A DNA stretch of 64,000 bases from Nymphaea colorata (Eukaryota). The stretch's first letter is position 1. Each line of letters begins with the position of its first letter. Positions 1 through 12,995 of this stretch are shown one piece after another. The notes beneath the pieces were generated by a model. That model saw only the letters and a list, made by a program, of their open reading frames with translations. It had not been told where the DNA came from and made no database searches. A program made the position numbers and the translations under genes. The stretch spans positions 124,001 to 188,000 of the forward strand of contig NC_045138.2 in the NCBI RefSeq assembly GCF_008831285.2. Direction: 5' to 3'.

Positions 1-1118
1 TGTGTCTGAGAGACGACCTTCGTTGACGGGGTTGGTGGGCAGGATTGTTCAGAACAATTGGGGAAAGAGTTTTGAGCCGTCTTGATAATTTTTACGGTTG
101 CAATTAGGAAACCCAGCTAATTATGATCAACGTTGTTTCAGAGGATTCGAGAGTTACCTTCCTGACGATAAAGTGAGTGTTAACTTTTTCTCTTAGGGTT
201 GTTTGACTTAAGGATGAGACGGAAGTTTTTGTCGAGCTTGACTGATAATAAAAGGCTTTTCAGGTTTAATGAAAGAAAGGTCGTTTGAAAAAACTCCTCT
301 TTAAAAGGTAAGAAAAAGATAGCCGAAGAGCAAATTTTTTGTCTATTGCTTGAGAGAAATAAGAAAACCTACTAATTTTTTGCAAAAACAGAAGGTTTAC
401 CTGAGGCCTTAAGTATGGCCAACGCCAGAAGGGAGTTTTCCAAGAGGAGATTTTGTTGCTTCTGAAATGATGGTTACGAGGAATTTCCTTTTCTGGGTAT
501 ACTAAACCTTTACTCTTGATACAATACGTCCACCGCTAGAGGCAGCCTTTTCTAGGAACGGGGTTGTGACTTCTGAGCTGGGTTTTATGTCTACGAGAAA
601 TTTTCTTTTGTGGGTATCTCTTCTTTGCCGTTCCGGGCTCTGGAGAACCGACTTTGTCTTGTGCCTACCGTGGGAGGGTTGCAGAGTCTACTGCTACGCG
701 TCCTAGTGGACAGTGGACAGTAGTAAGAGGGCATGCCTGTTGCCACCTGTTTGGTTGAGCTGTTTGTTTCTATATGAGCCCGCGTTTTCCTTCGTTTCCC
801 CTTCGTTTTTCCGTGTCTCTGTTCTTATTTGTCAGTATATAATTCGTGGCTTTGTGTAAATTTTCTGCTTTCTTAGAGACCTTCGTTCAGTCCACAGGTT
901 TCAATGTTTGCCTCTTGGTCTATATTACTGCTCTTTGCTTTCTGTGAAAGGTTAGGAGGATTGGGGCTGTTGCCACTTTCTCCTTCTCATCTAAGTGTCT
1001 TTTGTTTTCTGATACGTGTTTCTGCCCTGGTCTGCAGCTTTTCTGGTCTGCGCGTTTCGTAGTTAGACTTGGTGATAGACTGATCACAAAAGTTCTTCTT
1101 GCTTTTCGACTGCTGGTG

Positions 1119-2526
1119 ATGATGGTTGGATTGATGGGAACGGAGGATTTGAACATGGAGTTGCAGAAACTTGTTGTCGGAATGAACCCTTTTGGGGAGT
1201 GGAAGGACCTTCCTGGGGAGCTTATATTGCGGATTATGTCTCTTGTTGATGATCGTACTGTTATCATAGCGTCTGGTGTCTGTACCGGGTGGAGGGATGC
1301 TATCTGCATAGGCCTCAGCCGTATTTCTTTATCATGGTGAGACGAAGCTGCTCTTTATGTTGCTCTTTTGGATGAATTTTTTTGCCCTTTTTTCTTACTT
1401 CACTTCGTTGGTGAAGGCTCTGATATAAAACAAATGCAATTGTCACGTATGGTTTGTCTTTTGTTGCATTTTCATCGTACTCCGAACTGATGTATCCGTG
1501 TTCATATTTATGCATTTATATACAGTCTTGGTTTAAATTCTGTCCTTCTGTTTGATAGATGCTGGTCTCCTTTTAGTTATCATTGAGATGTTGACTTATT
1601 GATCTATGTTTTCGGGCTACTGCTGATGTTCCTGTTGCATTTTTTTTTCCTTGGTCCTGCTGACAACCTATCTTGTTGAAAGATTTAGTTTCTCTATCTG
1701 AAGGTCATTCTTCTGTAGAGAGAAGAAAACCTGGCTTCTGTCCTATGTTTTTTCTGTGGCCTATCTTGTTGTTCTGTTTATGAAATTAAATCATCTTTTT
1801 GGTCATCCTTGAGTCGTTGACCCTGTAATTTCGATATAAATTTTTATTCAATTCTCAGCCAAATTTTTATTCAATTCTCAGTGGCTGGAGATCATCTAGA
1901 TTTATGGGTTGCTTGGAGATTTGACAAGCAAACAGCAAGCCCAATGTGTTTTCTGTCTCTCGATGCCTGTGAACTTTTTATCTTCTTCTTAAGGGGCGTA
2001 CATTACAATCATCGAGAACTTCCTAGGAGCCTGCATACCGGTCGATCTGTTAAAAGAATTATTGCTTTAACCTGTCCAAGTAAAATGCTTTTATGTATGA
2101 AACTGTATACTGTTTGGCAAAATGAGTAAATTACATGAAACGTTCTTGCAGTTATCTTGAGGGTTTTGCTTCCCTTTCAATCTCCAATACCAAGAGAGAT
2201 TGGTTTAGTCTTGCTAACCATCATAGTTGACCAAGGCCTTCTAATTAACTGCTCTAAGAACTTTGTGTGCCATGTATACACATGGTCAGACTGCTTGAGT
2301 GGGCCTTAAACAACGTCAGGAATCAGGATCGAATTGGCATCCATCGGAGATGGATCTTGTGAGTCAATTATCAATATGATGTACTTATCATTGGAGGCTA
2401 GTTTTCATGGATTTTGATCACTTGCATCATCTTGTTGTTGTCGGAACCAGTCAGGCAAAATGAAATTATTAAGATGCTGTGGATGGTTGTTTAGGCAGCT
2501 AGATCTTTTTTCTTTTCCATTTTAAG

Positions 2527-2564
<38 letters not shown>

Positions 2565-3816
2565 GACAGTTTTCTGGTATGATCCTGCTGTCGTCGAGTG
2601 GCATAATTTCCTCTGAATCGGAGGATTTTCTTGAAATTGATGCATGTTTCTGTAATAGACTTCTAGTTTTGTTTCTGGCCTTCATAAAACAAAGTGCTTA
2701 AGTTGTTGTTTGCAGGTGCAAGACCAAAATGAACAACCTTGTGCTATCTCTTGCACCTAAGTTCACTAATCTGCAGACACTGATCCTGCGTCAGAACATG
2801 CCTCAACTGACTGATGAGGCTGTGGAGGCAGTTGCTTATCACTGTCGTGATCTTCAGCACCTTGACCTCAGCAAGAGCTTGAAGCTCACAGATCGTGCAC
2901 TATATGCTGTGGCAAGTGGTTGCCCCGATCTCCTTAAATTTAACATCAGTGGATGTTCTGCCTTAGGTGACGACAACGCACTTGCATTTCTGGCTGGCAA
3001 GTGCAGGAAATTGAAGCATCTGAATCTTTGTGGGTGTGTAAGAGCTGCATCTGACAAGGCCTTGCAGGTTGTATGATCAGTAGTCTGTTAATAAACTGTT
3101 GGGCAGTTCATATATTTTAAAGTTTAAGACTGTATTCAATTGCCTTTTGCAGGCAATTGCAAATAATTGCAATCAGTTGCAGTCTCTGAATCTAGGTTGG
3201 TGTGAAGAAGTTGGTGATGTAGGAGTGACGAGCTTGGCCAGAGGCTGTCCAGATCTCAGGGCATTAGATCTGTGCGGCTGCGTTCTCATAACCGGTGCAT
3301 ATAATACTGCTAAAACAAATGACTTTAGTATTTCGGAATTAGTATTCATGTCCTGTGAATTGTTTATGTATTGTCATTTCCTTAGCTTTCCTTGAGTATG
3401 ATGAAGAACTGTCTTCTGCTGCAGATGATAGCGTGATTGCTCTTGCGAATGGATGCCATCGTCTTCGATCTCTTGGCTTATATTACTGTCAAAACATCAC
3501 GGACAGGGCTATGTATTGTCTAGCCAATAGCCGCTATGGTGGGAAGCAGGGACTGTGGGAATCGGTGATGAAGAACAACCATGGGGAAGGGTTGATGAAC
3601 CTCAACATTAGCCAATGCACTGCTCTTACTCCTCCGGCCGTTCAGGCGGTGTGTGATTCCTTCCCAGCCCTGCACACGTGCCCGGAGCATCATTCCCTCA
3701 TAATTAGTGGCTGTCTCAGCCTTACTTCTGTGCATTGTGCTTGTGCCCTTCAGGCCTGCAAGGCTGCTGGGAGGTCTGCTGCTGTTCTTAGGCAGCAGCT
3801 CCAGCAACATCTTTGA
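1119..3816 (+). CDS. SKP2: F-box/LRR protein, SKP2A/SKP2B-like; exons 1119-1336, 2716-3067, 3153-3294, 3425-3816 (1104 nt, 367 aa)
   Basis: F-box EWKDLPGELILRIMSLVDDRTVIIASGVCTGWRDAI, cysteine-containing LRRs (LNLCGC, LNLGWC, LDLCGC, LGLYYC) and the C-terminal CTALTPPAVQAVCDSFPALHTCP...SLIISGCLSLTSVHCAC block typical of plant SKP2. All three introns are GT-AG and phases join in frame. Start could be ATG 1119 or 1122. Confidence 0.95.
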
Positions 3817-5825
3817 ATGTGGTAGTCCAGTTTGTTCACATGTTTCGCTGGTGGTTGTGCATTTTCAAACGTTTATAGTAGAGTAAAAGGTAAACATAGG
3901 ACATCTTTTGTATATAAGGGTAACACATAATAATATTGGTTGTATATACATATATGTATACGTATTCTCTGTCACGTGGATGCCCATTTGTAGTTTTGTA
4001 CAGTCTTGTCTTTCTCGTGATCTCTCTCTCTCACACATTTGTACTGTTGCCTGTTACTATTTGGGCGAATTCTCAAAACAAAAAGAGTTGCCTTCATGAG
4101 AATCCCACTGTTTTCCTTGAAATTTTCAGCCCTAGAGAAAGATCGATTGTTCTTGGAACCAGGAGGTTCTTTCCAACCATCTTCTATATTGGGAGGTTTA
4201 CACGCTTGTCTAGTCTGAACAAGCAGCAGCAGTTCGATTTGGCTGCGACACCTTGTTTTGCATCTGAAGTTTGAGCGTCGCATTGGATGAGAATTTCTGC
4301 AACCTGCGCTTCCTTTTTAAAAGGTGTCCTCCGCTGGAGACCCTTCTCTTTTTAGAGAGATGACTCCGTTAGATGCCCCTCTTTTTGAACAGATGACCAC
4401 CGTTAGAGGCCTTTTGTATCTGAGGCAGAATGTCGAGAAGAGGGTGTTTTACGCACTGACAAAGTCGGTGTCCCAAAGATTGGTCTGAATTGTGCAGCCT
4501 TGTGAACACAGAAGGAACCATTCGCTTGCTTTTTTACTAAAGATTGGTCTGAATTGGCTGATTCAAATCGTATGGTTGGTCTGGACATGGCGTTCAATTT
4601 GACCCTGGCCAACAGGTCATTTCATCTTCCACCATGAGACAATTGAATGACTGCTGTAAGAGATCTCATTGCTCCGAACCTCACAATATGTTCCTTGGAT
4701 TTGTACGAAAAGAAACTGGACATGGTTGATGGCTTTAATTGTAGTTGCATTTGCATGATGATCTCCAAGTAGTCTTCTGGGATTTGGGAACGTCCAATAA
4801 TCATTGTACAATACTGCACAGTGTGCACAGTCCCAGGCGTTTCGGCGTCTCATCTCTTTGCAAGATTTTGCAGGGAGAGGTTTTGTAGGGAACAAAACGG
4901 GTATTGATTGGCACCAGGACTGCGCCAACGAAAAAGTTGTCGAGGAACCATCAGAATTTAACTAGGTAAAGGCTTGGAGTTTCTGTTTCAATTTAAACAC
5001 AAAAAAAAAAGAAGCAGGATAGCTGGTTTCAATCTTGCAGGAGTACAAGAACAATGATCCTCTGGTCTTCTTCAGGAACATTCAAGTAGGATTGCACGAC
5101 GAGTTCGATGCACCTATTACAAAGTCCAAGTTAAGTGCCGCATCTGCTTATTTAGCAAGTTGAGCTCAAATAGTTTTGGCTCAAGGAATTCTTGAAACGG
5201 TTGGCGTACTTGGGCATCTTACTTTACCTCTTTATAAAGGAAGCTCTCAACATCAATGCTCGGCTTGAGTCGGCTCGAGAGCTCAAGCTAAGAGAGCTTG
5301 GATTCAAGCAAGCATGGGCCTGGTCTTTTAAGGCTCAAGCTGAACTCAGCCCTTTAGATGTCGGTCAGGCCTGCCAAGCTAGCTATTATAAATGTAACAT
5401 CATTGAAGCGCTATTTAGCTTGGCAGCGCCCTCATTGAATCTCTTGTATATGTTGAATCTCTTATATAGATCAACATCTTATTAATAGCTCATGCAAATA
5501 TCTTTTCCACTCGCTAAGATATCACTTTCATATTAAAAGGAACTGTTTCTGGTGCTATTTTTCAACATATAGAAGTCATAACAAAACAAATTTCACATCA
5601 AGGTGTTGATTGGGATAATCATATCTTGGATACCTCACCAATATAAGCGCAAAGCTACGATCTTCACATTAGATGAGAAACACCCGCCATAAAAACTCGA
5701 TTTTTTGGTAAACACACTGGAATCTGAGTTGAAAAAAACAAACTCGAGAATTTGAGTTTGAAAAAGAAAAACTCCAGTTTGCAATTGCTCTCCTCCATCA
5801 GTTTGTCGATCCTATCCCAGATGTT

Positions 5826-5924
5826 TCAGTTGCTTTCTTTGGGAAGAATGGAGGCCAGACCAACGCCCTGGCTACCAGTCTGTGGGGATGCTTCTTGCTT
5901 GATGCTGTTTCCCCCGAGGTATTT
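5826..5924 (-). CDS. RPL36: Probable last coding exon of the RPL36 gene (C-terminal extension); frame linkage to exon 1 unresolved
   Basis: CTAAC branch point and TTTTACTTACGTGTAG acceptor, then KYLGGNSIKQEASPQTGSQGVGLASILPKESN*. The GLASIL motif resembles the C-terminal extension of plant nuclear RPL36. Phase does not match exon 1 (see findings). Confidence 0.6.
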   Translation of the reverse strand, partial: KYLGGNSIKQEASPQTGSQGVGLASILPKESN

Positions 5925-8619
5925 CTACACGTAAGTAAAAGCATGTGGTTAGTCTAACAGATTATCCATTAGGTTATTTAGATTCAAAGTTGAGGAAAAG
6001 CTAGTGAACGACTTTAACGTAGAAACAAGCGGCTGAGAAAAGAGAAAACAATCACATGAAAATAGACCCTTGATCCCTGCTACCAATTCCAGTGCATTGC
6101 ATCCTCTGAGCAGGCACGTCATTTTGACTACAGCAATGTCTGAACCATCTGATGCGATTTCTAAAGCTCCGTACTCGTGTTCAGGATTTCAGTTTATAAA
6201 CTTTATTTAAGTGTCTCGTTGTCAGGGACTATAATCAACAAGGAAGCGATTACTAGCAACTTTTCACACCTGCAAGCATTTGAGCCCCTTAATCATTGCT
6301 CAGTAATCAGATGCACAAGTTGGCATCTTATGTCCACACATGAGATGGTTGAAGAAAGACAGATTCATGTAGTTCATGTTTTCAGGTTCTGATGGCCTAT
6401 GCAATGATGCAATCAAGTTGTGACCACAAGATGACAAAATGACAATGAGCGTCTGGTGCCTGTGATAAGCATGAACTGGATGTATGCTACGCCCGTATAT
6501 CTAGCTTCATAAATTGAGATAAATCTCCTATGTTGAAATGGTTTTCCAGAATAACTCTATGCACATGCCTTTTACTACTTTTGCCCTATCCTCCGTGCAT
6601 CCACGCCAGTGAACATCCCATAGTGCATAGCAACACAATCATCACCCCTCCTAGTAATCTGCTTTTGAAAATTTGAACTAACATATTTCTTTCATCTATA
6701 AATCTCACTCAATCACGCAGATACTAATCCACATCCCGAAAATGGAAGGCAGCCTTGCAACAGACTTTCTTTATTCCAGTTCTTCGATATGGCAACTCAT
6801 TCTGGATCTTCTGACTAAACCAGTAACCAAAGTTTTGGCTCATCCATTTCATTCCTTGTACAAAGCCCAAAAAGAGAAAAAAAACCTAATGCCCACAACA
6901 AGATAAAAAGAAAAGTTTGTGAGACAAGAACACTTGGGACAGAAATATGGTATGGAAGATCCAAGAATTACGGAGAGTTTCCTTACTCCTAGTAAATAAA
7001 ATATGACTGGATTATCCAACTAATAAATGGAAAAAACATGGTTACAAACTTACAGTAAACCATGAAGCGGTCTAACAGTTATGAAGGTATTCATGTACGG
7101 ATATGCAGATACTTTTCATTTAAGGTAGTCTTCCACAAACAAGGCAATTAAGATACACTCCAACTTCACAAAGGAAATCCTATACTTGATCTGAATGCAA
7201 CACTTTTGCAAACAATTTTCCTCACTATGTAAGAAATTTACAAGGAACCTTGTGGTCAAAGGCAGGATCAGACACTGGACAGCAGCGAGAAAGGTCAGAC
7301 ACCAAAATAAACAAAAAAATTATTTTAATTTGTCCAGTCCTCTTAACATAGAGAATAAGGTGGATGAGTTTCAGACCTCCCACTTTACCTCTTTGTTTTA
7401 CCTTTTTTTTGTTTCTCTTTCTTCCCTCCCTGTTCCTGTCAAATAGGATTGCTTACGTGCCACTTAGGCCTGACTAAGCTTTCTCTGGGGCCTGCCACCT
7501 AGGACTGCTTAGTGCTTTAGGTACATTGACCATGAATACATACTCCTGCTTTTAGGACTACAAGTCTAGCATTAGCCTCTTACAGTATGCACATCAAGTT
7601 AAGGCTTTTTGTCTGAATCAGGGGCATCACCCCATGTCTTTCAATCTACCATCAACTATAGAATATCATGCATAAGTTCACCAAGTGAAAGAATCACAAT
7701 CAAATTTTTGTTCCTTTAAGCGATATCCAAGAGCCACCTATGTGGCCAAGCATGGTCTTTGCCATATTTAGATATTTAATCACCCTCCTGAGGTACACTT
7801 TGATAAATCTCCAGTTGTTTTCCAGTTGGTCCTTATTTCATAGGCAGTAATCTCATTGCCATATTTGTTCTTAATGCAGTGGCTTATTTGGTAAGTATTT
7901 TTGCATTTCACCAGTTGCCATCAGCCACCTCTTACACTAAGAAGCCAAAGTTACCACTCATCTTTCACCCCAAGATATTTGATGTAATCCTAGCCGCAAT
8001 GACCCAAGACCTTGCTCAGAGAAACCATGGCTATCCCTCATACCAACAATCACCTTTCAAACAAACACAGAAGTTTACAGCAGGCGGCATCCACTACTGC
8101 AGCCTGCCTCCAGAATAGCATTTTCATGCTTGGAAAGTGTGCAGCAATCCACCATATGTATAGGACATGCCCCTTTCAATGAATCAGCTACCGCATCAAT
8201 ATTACAAATTTACAATTTTTTACTTTATGCCAACTGTCATCACTCTTAACATTATAAGAAAGCTATTAATTATGTCAATTCCCAAATCCAGAAACTATTC
8301 TGGAAAAACTGTTTCAACCACTTCTGCAACACTCACATAAATGATAAATCTACTGCCCAACCAAATAATTGTGACACTACTGGACTCCTTTTTAGCAATC
8401 TTATCCAGAGTCATGAACCTAAACCACTGGAATACTGGAGAATGGAGATATTACACCGCATGGTGAAAAGTCAAAACAACAAAAAGAAGTAGCACTTTCT
8501 GATGCAATTAGAATTACTAATTCATGTCCAATTAGAAATTGATCAAATAGCACCACATATTACAGATCTATTGAATATCGCACAGCATTTAGAGTTCTAC
8601 AGGACTAAACTAGTGGAGG

Positions 8620-8783
8620 AAGACTGCCTTACAGAAAGGCCTTTCATTTTTTATGAAGGAAAGAATGATACAGATACCGACGATTCTTAGTCTCGTGATT
8701 AAAGACTGCCTTACAGAAAGGCCTTTCATTTTTTATGAAGGAAAGAATGACATAGATACCAACGATTCTTAGTCTCGTGATTA
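8620..8783. repeat. Tandem duplication, 2 x 82 bp, in the predicted RPL36 intron
   Basis: AAGACTGCCTTACAGAAAGGCC...CTTAGTCTCGTGATT repeated with about 3 substitutions. Confidence 0.9.
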
Positions 8784-9666
8784 ATCTTTGGTTATTGGTA
8801 TTGATATAGAATAATAAACCTGGCCACTCCAGCATCTCAATAAATTAACAACCTATGTCACACGCACACAGCTGGAAGGGCACCACAACCATGACGACAT
8901 GCGTGGACATGGGCATGGGTGAGGGACACGGCAAATAGAAATTATACATACCATGTCCCAGCCCACAAGCTTTTCAAAAATGCTTTTCCCCACTGTCTGC
9001 GCCCATGTAACATAGTTAATAGCCAACAGTAAGAAACTGTTAACCTCACACACAAGCTTAGGACTTCAAGATGTCAAGAAAATACTTCATTTCTGTAAGA
9101 CCAAAAAAAATGGATATATAGTGAAGGCACTGAATTACATGATATGAAGCCTTATGATGCATAAGAAAATAAATGTGGATAGAACGGCCAATATAAACAC
9201 AAAACATATTCCATCTCGACCCTTTGAATTGTTTGATGTATATGAATTCTGCAGCATTGATTATGCAAATAACAATTGCTTCACTAAATACAAATTAAAG
9301 ATCAAAAGTCATTTATTCATCATGAGGCCTTAATAGCATGCATAAGAGAATACTCTACATTGATAAGACAGCCAAACGCAAAACCTATTTCATGTAGACA
9401 CTTTACATTGTTGACTGTGTATCAGCTCTGCTATGTTATTGATGCAGTTAACTGCTGCTTCACTATCTTGGAATTAAAATCGTGTAACCAGATTAGTTTC
9501 ATCATTATCCAATAGGCAAAAGTTGATAAATAAGCTCGGCTAGTAATAGCTCATTAGTAAGTAGCTAATAATATATGACAACAGTAGGACATCAGCACGC
9601 ATACTTGTGTGTCTCAATGCTTGTTTGAAGGGTGATGTAGGCAGAGGCAACAGAAGGAGTACTTAC

Positions 9667-9818
9667 ATGAGAGATAGCGGGCCTTCAAAGGCAAATGTAG
9701 ACATTCCTTGCCGCTGTTTATGCTTCGGATTAGCAGTACATAATACATAAACTATTCCCCGCCGTTTCACAACTCGGCAAAATTCACAAAGCTTCTTCAC
9801 AGACGATCTTACCTTCAT
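9667..9818 (-). CDS. RPL36: Ribosomal protein L36 (bL36 family, nucleus-encoded, probably mitochondrial), first coding exon
   Basis: Minus-strand translation [50 protein letters not shown] has the bL36 signature (MKVRxSVKKxCxxC...KRRG...C...NPKHKQRQG), followed by donor AT|GTAAGT. Too short for the ORF track. Acceptor-like sites just upstream of the ATG imply a 5' UTR intron. Confidence 0.93.
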
Positions 9819-10902
9819 GGCTGTATAAACTGAAACCAATGAAACAAAAGGAACACAATTAATATATATTATCAGCAGACATCAACCAACTGGATACAAA
9901 GAGTAAAATGCAAGCAAGTGAAGATCCAATCCAGAAAATACATTTCATTGAGGTTTTCAATTAAAGAAAGCAAAATTTTAGTAACCACTGGCTAACAAAT
10001 CGAGACTATCTCAATCCAACCATCAAAAAAGTCATGGGTTCTGCAGATAAAGATATGATGATAACAAACTAGCTAGACCACTTCAATCCTTGAAGCCGTT
10101 ATTACTCAGTTCAGTCATTTCGAACCTCAAATGCTTAAAAGACGACCGGATTAACATACAGTTAACTGGCATTTTTAATTAATTAAAAACGAATAACTCG
10201 TCCACATTTTCGAATTAGAAGAATTCTTTACTTTATCTCAAAGATGGTGACGTTTTAAATAATTAAGAATGAACAACTCGCCCCCATTTACGAATGAGGA
10301 GAATTCTTCACTCAAACTGAAGACGGTGGCTACCTGGGCATGTTGATCACATGCCATCAAATTATTCCCAATATCCAACCAGTAACCAAGAGCAATAAAT
10401 CCATGACCATAGCAGAGACACGGTGAGTATAGCAAACAGACTACCCCCAAGAGAATGAGAAAGCAGCCATTACATGGAAACAAAGAAAACCAAACAGCAG
10501 AACAATTAGTACCAAAGAAACAAAACCAGAAACCCATCATAGAAAAAAAAATAAGGACATAAAAGATCGAGAGCAAGAAACACAACAACGGAAACCATAA
10601 CAAACGAAAATCGAAGAAGAAACAAAAACAGAATAGTGGTGACTACATCATAACAAAAGAAACTCCAAGATTGGGAAATCCAACACAACAAGGCCGCAGA
10701 TTTTTGTGGGACTTTCAGTACGTCGGAACCAAAGCAACAAAAGTAAGAAAAGGTACAGCCAGCGAGAGAGAGAGAGAGAACCAGAGGGCAGGTAAGGGCT
10801 CGAATTCGATTGAACGGCGCGGAGAGGGAGAGGGAGAGGAAACGGGGCACCCTTGTCTGTGTCTTGGGGACGGGACTGAGGCGAGGGGGGGTTTTGCCTC
10901 GA

Positions 10903-10908
10903 AGCCCA
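10903..10908 (-). promoter_or_regulatory. Site II-like element (TGGGCT) in the GC-rich putative promoter of RPL36
   Basis: AGCCCA on + strand, upstream of a CT-rich minus-strand leader at about 10760-10870. TGGGCY motifs are common in plant ribosomal and mitochondrial gene promoters, but a single hexamer is weak evidence. Confidence 0.3.
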
Positions 10909-12340
10909 CAGGCAGCCAAGGCTGTGCGGAGCCCGCGCTCGACCTTGGCTCGGAAGTAAGGAGACCTACGGGTACGACCCCGGCCAGGGCTCGTCCTCTG
11001 AAACGAGCCGAGTCAAAAAATTAACGAGTCCAGGCGAGTCTGGCGACCTCCGTTTTTGCAACATACACGAAAAATAATTTCCAAGTTGAGTCCCAAGCCT
11101 TCATCCTCTTCTCATTCTCCCATGGTTTTGGTCCGATTTCGGTGCTTAGGACAAAGATATTTGTTTATGTTTCAGCTTATATATCCCCGTTCTTTTTTCT
11201 ATAAAAGTTGGTACCTTGTAGTTTCGAAACGAAAACTAACTCTCTATCAGCTTTCACCTCACTTATTCTGCCAATCCGCTAATAAATATTTAGGTTTTTG
11301 AAAACGTACTAATCAAAAATACATTTGAATCTGAGCTCGAGCTCAACCAGACTGGGTTAGGTCAAATTTAAGGTGGTGAATTCAAGTTTGACGCAACCAG
11401 ATCCAAATACTTGAGTCGAGCTTGAGCAGGCCTAGTTCAACTCAAACTCAGCTCATGAACACCCCTATCCGGACCTGCCATCGTAGCCTGGCCGCGTCTC
11501 GGCACAGTGAGAATTTGGATTAGGCTTGGCTAATGAGTTGTCTCGGCTCATGAACCCGATTCGAAAATCTGATTATGCCCAAATTTCGTAATAGCAATAA
11601 TTTTAAGCAATAATTTTTTGTTATGATAATTGAAAGTGTTTAATGACAATATCTGGAAACCATTTCTTAAAATCTAACACAATTTAAAGTGTTTAATGAT
11701 AGTTGTTTCCATACGGGTTGCAAAGCATAGTAGCTTGTTATATTTATTCATTGTGTTTGTAATTGTATTTTTAACATAATGTATTTTTTTTTTAACACTG
11801 GAATTGTAATAAGCATGTGGCTGACTTGAAACTATATTTGAGAACGACAATAAATTTTTTGCAGTTTTACTACAGCAGTGAAGAACAAGGGGCTTTGATT
11901 TTGCCTTTTTTTTTGTTTTTTTTTTGTTTTATGTATTCTGCTCTCAGTAATAAAAAAAAAACACCATCACATTGTTACGAGACTAAAAATATTTGCTGTG
12001 TTTAATTTTTGAATTAGGACAAGGAAAACTTTCATTAGAAAACTACTTTTTTTTGCTTTAATTTTTTAAAAAATAAGTCTCTAGCTTTTGAAACAGGAGT
12101 CCAAATGCACCAGTCCATATAATTTAGGTCTTGTTCGAGCTTAGGTCGACCTTGGAGCCATGTCTTCAGCACCAAGCCAGGTTCGGTCAGGCAGGTCTGG
12201 TACGAACCCACCCACCATGTACAGCACCAGCAGCAAGCACCCAATGCGTCAGCTTGATGGTCTTGAAACCCAACTGACCTGAGCTTTTATGATGCTTGTG
12301 ATGCGTCCTTTAAGGTCTGTTGCTTGTGATGCGTCCTTTA

Positions 12341-12462
12341 AGGTCTGTTTGGCAAAGGAAACAATGTGTAACTGCAGTCCATTAAAGTGTTTCGTGGATC
12401 TGCCCCAATCTATGGACCATTAATAGAACAATTACAAACTAATCTCGCCGTCAAACAGGCCC
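12341..12462. mobile_element. Tourist/PIF-Harbinger-like MITE
   Basis: TIRs AGGTCTGTTTGGC / GTCAAACAGGCCC flanked by TTA on both sides. Similar short elements at about 41240-41402, 48454-48608 and 61081-61198. Confidence 0.7.
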
Positions 12463-12995
12463 TTATCAACATAAAATGGTTCAAACCCAGTTCCGATTCA
12501 GCATTACTAGTTCAGACCCAACTGAATTTCCTCTACTCTGACCTGATTCATACCCATCTGAATTTTTGACACTGAATCTGGCTCTACCAAGCATATGATC
12601 GGACCTTTACATGTAATCAGGTCGGATTCTTGTCAAGTCTCACTCCGTATGCACAAGTATCACTCCTTCCCCATGCCTCATCAAGCGGCCCTTCTCATCA
12701 AAATCTTTCTTTTTGCAGTTTTTCAACAGAAATAAGCAATATTTGTGACGATGATTCTGACCCATTAACAAAGCCACGCCTCATCAGATTCACAGACTTG
12801 ATTGATTGCTTACTTAAATCACACTGTCAAACAGAACTATTTATAATTTTATACAACCTTCCAGTAAACCTAAAATAGAAACGGTATCATTTGATAAAAT
12901 CACCACATTACCTGAAACTCTAATTACACATTCAACCACCCAATCAGAAAATCCTCCCTATAAATACCAGATAAAAGTATTTAAATGGTTTAATT

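Noticed and set aside
920..3810. Antisense ORFs over SKP2 (and similarly over the U-box CDS and copia pol)
   Set aside because: Shadow ORFs of real coding sequence with no independent motifs.
10238..11024. Hydrophobic or low-complexity ORFs upstream of RPL36
   Set aside because: They arise from the T-rich leader intron and CT/GC-rich 5' region of RPL36 and show no family signature.
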